Assembly (NCBI GenBank): GCA_951406725.2
Contig: OX597833.1
Location: 5,890,001-5,954,000 of the forward strand
DNA length: 64,000 nucleotides
Source: Octopus vulgaris
Taxonomy: Eukaryota
Reading direction: 5' to 3'
Below the pieces are notes generated by a model. It was not told where the DNA came from and made no database searches. It saw only the letters and a program-made list of their open reading frames with translations. The stretch's first letter is position 1; the number at the start of each line of letters is the position of its first letter. Made by a program: the position numbers and the translations under genes. Of this stretch, positions 55,901-64,000 are shown in pieces.

Positions 55901-57066
55901 TCCTTTCTTAGCATAAACATTCACGTAGAATACAGGTATAACAAAGCAGATATTGTGATCTGAGACTAAGGGGAAAGCGATGTACGGCAGTGGAAATCGG
56001 TTACCCAGTAGATGTTAACAAAGTTTAAAATTACCCAATAGATGTTAACATAATACTAAAGGTTGGTGTGGAAGAAAACATCTATGTTAATTAATGAAAG
56101 ATCTGTTACTACAAAACCGGACTTTAGGTCTGGGTTTATACCTGTAAAATACTGGGCTATATGGTTACTTAAGTGACTGCTTTAGCGTCGCTTATTAGGA
56201 GCTGGGCTTGCCGAAACCCGAAGGATTCGGCTAAATGAGAAATAACTGATAAAAGCATTAAATGAAACTGAGAAAGATGTAAGAACAATTCCAGATGTTT
56301 GGTCTGTAATTAAAGAATATATACCCCTATATAGACATACAAACATATTATTCAGTTTACATGCATTAGCCAACCTATACTGATCTATACATGACATGAC
56401 ATTCATGCTAATACACACGTATATGTGTATACATCCATACATATTTACATTAAATGCATAGAAAAAAAGGGGGAGAAAGTAGAGGGGCAGGGGAAAAGAA
56501 CAGGAAAGAAATATGTTACATATTTCCTGGTGATTACTAAAACAGTTTTTTTTTTAATAAAAATTAACTAATTATCCTCTCCTTCCCAAATCTAAAGAAG
56601 AAATAAAATAAATAGAGCAGAAAAGTTAGAACGGAAGCTGAAGAGAAGAACATTTTCAAAATGGAAAATAACTTGTTTCTTTTACGCATGCAAAAATATG
56701 CATTCATTAAAAGGGTGATGTTTCACTATTTCACATCCGTTTCACTTTGAAGGTGAAATTTATGCTTTCCTATGTTTTTTTTTTTAATGCGATTTGATCG
56801 AATCTCACCCTCAAAACCCTACGAATCCACACATTTAGGCTTTAGGCATCAGGTTTATGGAAAAGGTTGATGAAATAAAATTAATTTTTATGTACACTTT
56901 AAAAAATTTTCGAACGTCGGACGACACACTGACGTTTTTTGGAAATGCTCGACGTTTTAAGACATTCCAGCTGTGACTATCCGTTCTTTTTAATTTTTAC
57001 ACAATTGCAATTTATGGTGTGCCTTTTACGCAAGACTTTTTTAATGTGTATGTGTGTGTGTGTGTA

Positions 57067-58327
57067 CAAGGGGCGATGGATAAATTGTCGTTATTTTATA
57101 TTTTTAATTTCGTGCATGCGCATTGTTTGTTTTTGATGTTGTCGACTGCACGGTATAGTAGGGGCAGATGGGCACCATCTGTGAGAAAAACAGAGTAATG
57201 ACGCAATTAACTCTGCCAGAAATTTGGAAATGGTATGCTGTACTGCTTGGCATTCGGCCGGAAGCTCCAATACGAACATTTCAGAGTGTTTGGGTGTCAA
57301 TCTTAGGACAGCGAAGAGGATTCAGAAAGAGTTGGATGATTCTAATGGTGATTACGAAGGCACGACAGCTCGGAAAACTCACTCTGGTCGTTCAGATAAG
57401 AAAAGAGCTCCTGAATTTGTTGGTGAGATCCAAGTCATGATTAACAACGATCCCTCCAAATCTGTCAGGTCCATCGCCAGGGACATGGGATTGTCTGAGT
57501 TTCTTATCAGGCAGGTAGTACATGAAGACATTCGGTATTTCCCATACAAGATGAGGAAGGGCCAATCTCTATCTCAAGCCACCAAGAACAAGAGAAAAGA
57601 CCGCGCTACGAAGCTTTTGACCAAACTCAAGCATCCCCTCCAACCGAACATGTTTTGGTTTTTCTCAAACGAGAAAAAATTCCGTCAAGATCAGATGGCG
57701 AACACACGGAACAACTGTTGGCTTGCCGTGTCCCTAAAACATAAAAAATCAAACATCCAGTCAACATCATGGTGTTTGGAGTGATCACTAATGATGGTGA
57801 CGTTATGCCTCCATTCATCTTCCCACACGACCTCAGACTCAACACACAGGCCTGTATCAAGTGCCTGACGGAAGCAGTGCTGTCCTAGGTTAAGAGAGTG
57901 GCTGCTGGAAGACCTTATGTCTGGCAACAGGACTCTGCACCTTACCACACAAGCAGGAGAACCCTGTCATGGCTGTTAAGCAAATTCTGCGACCACATCA
58001 CCCCTAACATCTGGCCACCTAACTCCCCAGACTTGCAATCTCTTTGATTATTATGTGTAGGGCGCAGTTGAGCGAAAGATCAACAAAACTCAAAGATTAT
58101 GGCAACATTCACCACTAAATGAGGCGACCGTCCAGAAGAGTTGCAGGAGAAACCGAAGTCATCTGAAGGCTGTGGTTGAAGCCAAGGACTATTTTATTAA
58201 ATAAATTTATTCTTTGGTATTTCAAGATATTTTTTATGGAATTTTGGTAACAACATCTATTAAATCCGAGATATCAGTGTTATTTTCATTTTTGCATAAT
58301 TTAGACGACAGTTTATTCACCGCATCC
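57067..58327 (+). mobile_element. Tc1/mariner-superfamily transposon, maT/DD37D type, disrupted
   Basis: FFSNEKKF, MVFGVI, WQQDSAPYHT and WPPNSPDL..LDY. Imperfect TA-flanked TIRs (GGCGATGGATAAATTGTCG / CGACAGTTTATTCACCGCA). Confidence 0.88.
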
Positions 58328-58349
58328 TATATATATATATATGTGTGTG

Positions 58350-58515
<166 letters not shown>

Positions 58516-58526
58516 TTCGAATGTAA

Positions 58527-58735
58527 GGCGGCGAGCTGGCAGAATCGTTAGCAGGTCGGACAAAAAGCTCAGCAGCATCTCCTCCGTCTTTACGTTGTAA
58601 GTTCAAATTCCTCCGAAGTCAACTTTGCCTTCCAAGGACGATAAAATAAGCACCTGTTGAGCACTGAGGTCGATGTATTCGACTCGTCCCCTCCCTGGAA
58701 ATCTCTGTCTTTCGGCCAACATTTGAACCCAATAT
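58527..58735 (+). mobile_element. Diverged Meta-like SINE
   Basis: Family head. Confidence 0.72.
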
Positions 58736-58829
58736 GTATCTTTTACAAAGTCAGCCAATTTCTTTTGCATTAAATTATCCTGTTTCGGAATTTAAAGTCC
58801 ACGATGTCTCACAACAGGGGCACAGGTTT

Positions 58830-59215
58830 AGAAGCACACTTAGTGACAACGTGGTTTCAGGTTCAAACTCACTGCATGGCAACTTAGGTGATTGTCTTCT
58901 CCTATAACCTCCTCGAGCCGACCAATACCTTGTGGCTGAATTTTGATGACGGAAACTGAAAGAAGCACTTCGGATAAATATATATAGATGTGTGTGTATG
59001 TGTGCGTGTGTGTTTGTATTTACTCACCATCTCTACTTTACAACCGGTATTGGTTTGTTCACGCTTCTATAACTTGTCGGTTAGACAATAGAGTTCGATA
59101 GATTAAGTAGCAGATTTAAGCAAGTTCTGGAATTGATTTTTTTTCTATTAAAACCCTTCAGGGCAGTGCCCCAGTTTGGCCTTAGTGCAATGACAGAAGC
59201 AAGAAAAAGAGAAAA
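58830..59215 (+). mobile_element. Old CORE-like SINE
   Basis: GACGGAAACTGAAAGAAGC plus a diverged tail. Confidence 0.65.
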
Positions 59216-59570
59216 AAGATACCCCGTTGGCAACGGTATAATACAACCCAGGTGACACTTAGATATAACAACATCCAACCAACATCGGGAAACATCTGTT
59301 GGTGCTGTAGAAATTCACACAAAACTTAAAAGGCGCAACAAAGGTTCGATTTTGGCAAAGACCAGCAATTTTGAACAGAGGAGTACCTGGTGATATTATC
59401 GATTTTAGTCATTCGCAGGTATTTTATTTTATCGATCCCGAAAAAAGGAATGGCACTATTAATTGACTTCGAAGGTATTTGAACTCAGAACGAAAGAACC
59501 GGAAGAAAATCCGCAAAGTGTTTTATTTTTTATATTAAAATCCACCGCTTCCATAATACTTCTACTACTA

Positions 59571-59800
<230 letters not shown>

Positions 59801-60035
59801 GGCGCATTAGGTATGATAAAAAAATATTCAGACAAATACATAACAAAAACACCAGGACTAACAAGTGTATATAACATACAGAAAATTGCACTACTAGGCA
59901 CTGCACACATCCTACGCAGAACACTTTCCATACAATAACCATCAGAGCATCGCAAGAAACCACAGCACATACCCAAGGCACACAGAGCTGCGCTCGGTAG
60001 TGAAGCGAAAGCACGATATGAAAATAAAACTATTG
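59801..60035 (+). mobile_element. Dong/R4-type LINE 3' end (second family) in (TAA)n
   Basis: GALGMIKKYSDKYITKTPGLTSVYNIQKIALLGTAHILRRTLSIQ*, then 3' UTR and (AAT)n. Confidence 0.87.
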
Positions 60036-60044
60036 AATAATAAT

Positions 60045-60852
60045 AATTTCTACTATAAGCACGTGGCCTGAAATTTTTCAGGGTGACTCCATTATTTGAC
60101 TGGTAATTATTTTGTCGCCTTTGAATGGGTGAAAGGCAGAGACGGCCTTGGCAGAGCTGGAACTCAGAACATAAAGCTGGAAGAATTGGCGTTCAGTATT
60201 TTATCCGCTGCTCTAACGTTTCAGCCAAATCGCTGCCTAAATAACAATGTCAACGATCTTTTCTACAATAGGCGGAATGAGTCAATTAGATCGACCCCAG
60301 TGTGTAACTGGTACTTATTTCATCGGCGGTGAGTTGGCAGAATCGTTAGCACGCCGGGCGAAATGCTTAGTGGTATTTCGTCTGCTGTTACGTTCTGAGT
60401 TCAAATTCCGCCGAGGTCGACTTTGCCTTTCATCCTTTCGGGGTCGATTAAATAAGTACCAGTTACGCACTGGGGTCGATGTAATCGACTTAATACCTAT
60501 GTCTGTCCTTGTTTGTCCCCTCTGTGTTTAGCCCCTTGTGGGTAGTAAAGAAATAGGTACTTATTTCATCGACTCCGAAAGGCTGAAAAGCAAAGCCTAC
60601 TTCGGCAAAATTTGAACCCAGAAGAAATGCCGCGAAGCATCGACGGCAGCGTGCTGGCAGAGACGTTAGCAAAAGGCTTTGCGGTCTTTCGCCCGTCTTT
60701 ACGGCTGGGAGTTCAAACCCCCGCCGAGGTTGACTTTGTTTTTCATCCTTTCGCGGTCGATAAAATAAGTACCAGTTGAGTACTGAGGTCGATGCAACTG
60801 ACTTAATCCTAATCCCGGAATTGCTGGCCTTGTGCCAAAATCTGAAACCAAT
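60045..60852. mobile_element. Nested Meta-like SINE cluster in both orientations
   Basis: A young + copy (60325-60555) with TSD GGTACTTATTTCATC sits inside an older - copy, with further copies on either side. Confidence 0.82.
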
Positions 60853-61112
60853 GTTGTTGGTGTTTATTGAAATGAGGAGAGGCTTTGAAAAATGCATTGC
60901 TATTTTTTTCATTTATATTCGAATCATTATATTATTTTAGCGTTTTCTCATTAAGTATTAATCATTAACAAAATAATTAAAAAGGGAACCGTCGGACTGA
61001 GAGAAGAGACAATATTCCAATATTCCGTCTAATTTCCTGCTTTTCTTTTCCATTTTGTCTTTTTTTTAAACGAAGTTCATTATAATCAATCTTAATTATC
61101 ATTAATCATTCA

Positions 61113-61176
<64 letters not shown>

Positions 61177-61353
61177 AGTATCATCGTCACGGTTATCTTT
61201 GTTGTCTTGCCAAATAATGAAAATATTTAAATCCAGTTTTCGCAACATATTTCCAAATGTTGTAATAATTTGTATAAAAGCAATAGTTTGTTGTTGTTGT
61301 TTTTTTAGTCAGTTATATTATTTGCTAATTAACAACTAATTAAATGTGTCTAA

Positions 61354-62352
61354 TTATTCGGGTGGTGTGCTCAGAATGGAACAGTATCCTAAAACGTTGG
61401 ACTCATCGTAGCAATTATTTTTCCAGTCGTATCGTCGTTCACTGATTGTTCTGTGAACGAAGTTATTCCTGTCATCATCTTCGCTCGACAAAATCTCCAT
61501 CTCAAGGTTGCAATCCAGTGCCGGTGGCTGGTTCTCCGCATTGCAATAGATCATTAAACCAATAACATTGGCCACAACTTGAAGAAAGAAAGCCATCAAA
61601 GATGTGATGCCGATCAAGAATAACTGCCAATTTCCAAAAGCGTTTCGTATTATTTCGCTACAGCCATTTATATTCCAAACCATATTTTCATTCATCATTT
61701 TAGTCAAAGTTTTCGAGAAAGCATTTTTACTACACACGTCAATGTCACGGTTGGAACAGCAACTAAATGGTGGGATAATAACTTTCTTTTTGTAGGTGTT
61801 CTGGGTCCGATGAGATAATAAAATCCAGTCGGAATATCCTACATCCCCACAACAGCTGTAGTATATCTGCAATTTATCGAGGGTATTTTTCATAGAAGAA
61901 TCCACACTATAATGCTTCATGGCGTATACAAGAATACTGCCGGTATTTTCCATGATGTACAAGCGATGAATGATACAGACCACGAAAATCGCCAAATATC
62001 CAAGGCTGAACGTGAGGCAGAGTAAAACGAAAACGAAATACTGCTTCGTCTTTTTCTTGTTTGAATCCAAATTCGAAGTTTTCGGTATCACTGAAAACCC
62101 CCAGAGTAAAAGACAGCTATTCACGAAATTAAATCCTATAATAAAGCTAGCTGTTTGTACAAGAGAGAGCGGCGGCTGCGGGTCACTGTTACGAAACAAG
62201 GGTTCGAATTTATCAAGAGATACAAGGAGGAGATTCACACTAACCGCAATGATGACGATACTGTAGATCAATAGAATAAGGCATAGGATGATATAGATGT
62301 AAACGATCGCATATTTCCTGTTGGCCTGGGTTTTTTTCTGCTTTGGACACAT
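61354..62352 (-). CDS. Intronless tetraspanin, peripherin-2/ROM1 (RDS)-like, 332 aa
   Basis: Four hydrophobic TM segments. The large loop has AMKHY..LDKLQIYYSCCG..GYSDW, PFSCC, C and NGC. ATG at 62352 has A at -3 and an in-frame upstream TAA. Confidence 0.88.
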   Translation of the reverse strand: MCPKQKKTQANRKYAIVYIYIILCLILLIYSIVIIAVSVNLLLVSLDKFEPLFRNSDPQPPLSLVQTASFIIGFNFVNSCLLLWGFSVIPKTSNLDSNKKKTKQYFVFVLLCLTFSLGYLAIFVVCIIHRLYIMENTGSILVYAMKHYSVDSSMKNTLDKLQIYYSCCGDVGYSDWILLSHRTQNTYKKKVIIPPFSCCSNRDIDVCSKNAFSKTLTKMMNENMVWNINGCSEIIRNAFGNWQLFLIGITSLMAFFLQVVANVIGLMIYCNAENQPPALDCNLEMEILSSEDDDRNNFVHRTISERRYDWKNNCYDESNVLGYCSILSTPPE

Positions 62353-62654
62353 CGTCGACAAAATTCTCCAAGCGAAAAACTGGTTTTAATTATCGCTGTT
62401 TTTCGTTTTGTCGTTCACAATTGTGTTTCTATGTCTCTGCTTTTGTTTTCTCTCATTATGTCCGTTAATGATTTGGCAGCGTTTTGCTGACGTACAATCG
62501 AATACTGACACGAAGTCACTGCCTCCTCTTCCGCCTCCTCCTCCTCGTCGTCGACGTCGTCCTTTTACAGACTTCTATTGTGTTAGTTTCATTCTCTCTT
62601 TCTACACTTCTCTCTCTCTCTCTCTCTCACCTCTCTCTCTCCCCTCACTTATCC

Positions 62655-62697
<43 letters not shown>

Positions 62698-62772
62698 CCT
62701 ATCTATCTATCTATCTATCTGTCTATCTGTCTATCTATCTATCTGTCTATCTATCTATCCATCTATCTACTC

Positions 62773-62814
<42 letters not shown>

Positions 62815-62815
62815 A

Positions 62816-62857
<42 letters not shown>

Positions 62858-62870
62858 CCTATCTATCTGT
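62655..62870. repeat. (CTAT)n microsatellite
   Basis: Direct reading. Confidence 0.95.
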
Positions 62871-63751
62871 CTGTGTTTCTTATTTACGTTTGGAATAAAA
62901 GAGAATATCCGACTAGAGAAAGGAAAGTGTGAACCAGCGGAACATTTTCCTATCGAAGTCGGATGTAGAGGGTTTGTTGGACACAGCGTGAGACGACTGT
63001 TGTTATCGATAGGCTTAACTCATCGTAAAGTCAATACCACCATGACTGATATCCAATCTACAGTGGAGAAGGCTAGCCACTGGATTTGGTTAAAAAGAGA
63101 CGATGAGCGATGGCTAGAAGGATATTGAGTTCTTCATAACCAGCTGATCTAGCAAGCGGGGCCTCATATCAGTGAGGGGGGGGCGGTGCGCATTGATGCC
63201 GTCGAGAGGTAGGCCCCGAAACGGCGCGCATTCTCTCCTGATGACCCCATACACTTGCTAGCTTCCGGTATACGGAGCTTTTAACTGGTAGCACTTGCAA
63301 GACATGCCAGGAAAACAACAGATTTTGTTTGTGAGTGTTTGTGTGTGTGAACAAGTGTGTGTATGAATATGTATACACAGACACACACATATACATATAT
63401 ACACATACATATATAGATATATATATACAAACACATATACATATGCATATATATATATGCTCACACACATAAATATGAATGTATGTACATGTATACGTAT
63501 GTGTGTGTGTGTATGTGTGTGTGAAATAAACATCAGAGATGTTTTGCCTGAAGCAGTGACTGCAGGAACTTTTCAGAGGTTTTGAACGCTCTTCTAAGCC
63601 CAGTGCAATGCTGGGAACTCTTCCATATCGTCAGCCGGTATCTCAGGGTCACAAGCGTTTCGGCCCTTAGCCTGTTCGCTTCGCCAGAGTAGGGCAGCGA
63701 GGAGTGAACTAGTCTTCACCCTTGGAAGAAGTTCAGTTGCGGTCTCATATC

Positions 63752-63795
<44 letters not shown>

Positions 63796-63871
63796 GCACA
63801 CACACACACACACACACGCACAAACACACACATCTTTCATCTCTGATTTGTTTCACTTAATTGACGTGCTT

Positions 63872-64000
63872 CTTTAAGTTTCCGACTACCAAATCCACTC
63901 TCAAAGGTTTGGTTGGCCCAAGGCTATAGTAGACATTTGCCTAAGGTGCCACGTAGTGGGACTGAACCCGGAATCATGTAGTAGAGAAGCAAACTTCTTA
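63872..64000 (-). mobile_element. CORE-like SINE, running off the window
   Basis: Family match. Confidence 0.72.

Noticed and set aside
63205-63250. Type-II hammerhead (GAAA..CTGATGA)
   Set aside because: The stem II strands (CCCC/CCCC) cannot pair.
63625-63690. Minus-strand GGCCGAAACGC near CTGACGA
   Set aside because: The order and stems do not assemble into a hammerhead.

Overview
Eukaryotic, AT-rich, repeat-dense DNA, very probably from an octopus: it carries tRNA-derived SINEs matching my recollection of the Octopus OR1/OR2 heads and very dense microsatellites. Most ORFs in the supplied track are microsatellite artefacts. Two host genes are supported. The first is the last two coding exons of an uncharacterised Ser/Arg/Asp-rich gene on + (48148-49321 and 51152-51830, splice phases match). 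The second is a convergent intronless peripherin/RDS-like tetraspanin on - (61354-62352). The rest is mobile DNA: three SINE families, Dong/R4-type RLE LINEs in (TAA)n, RTE, CR1 and Penelope remnants, mariner and maT transposons, Helitrons and a HINE. The most interesting signal is a set of minimal type-I hammerhead ribozyme folds (about 2772, 14118, 15234, with variant cores at 17110, 31390 and 31849). They lie in short non-coding modules embedded in (TA)n, some in the loop of long inverted repeats, and look like a Penelope-dependent ribozyme mini-element system. A second signal is a SINE that inserts at GGT(A) sites and forms headless tandem arrays. All calls were made by eye, and repeat boundaries are approximate.
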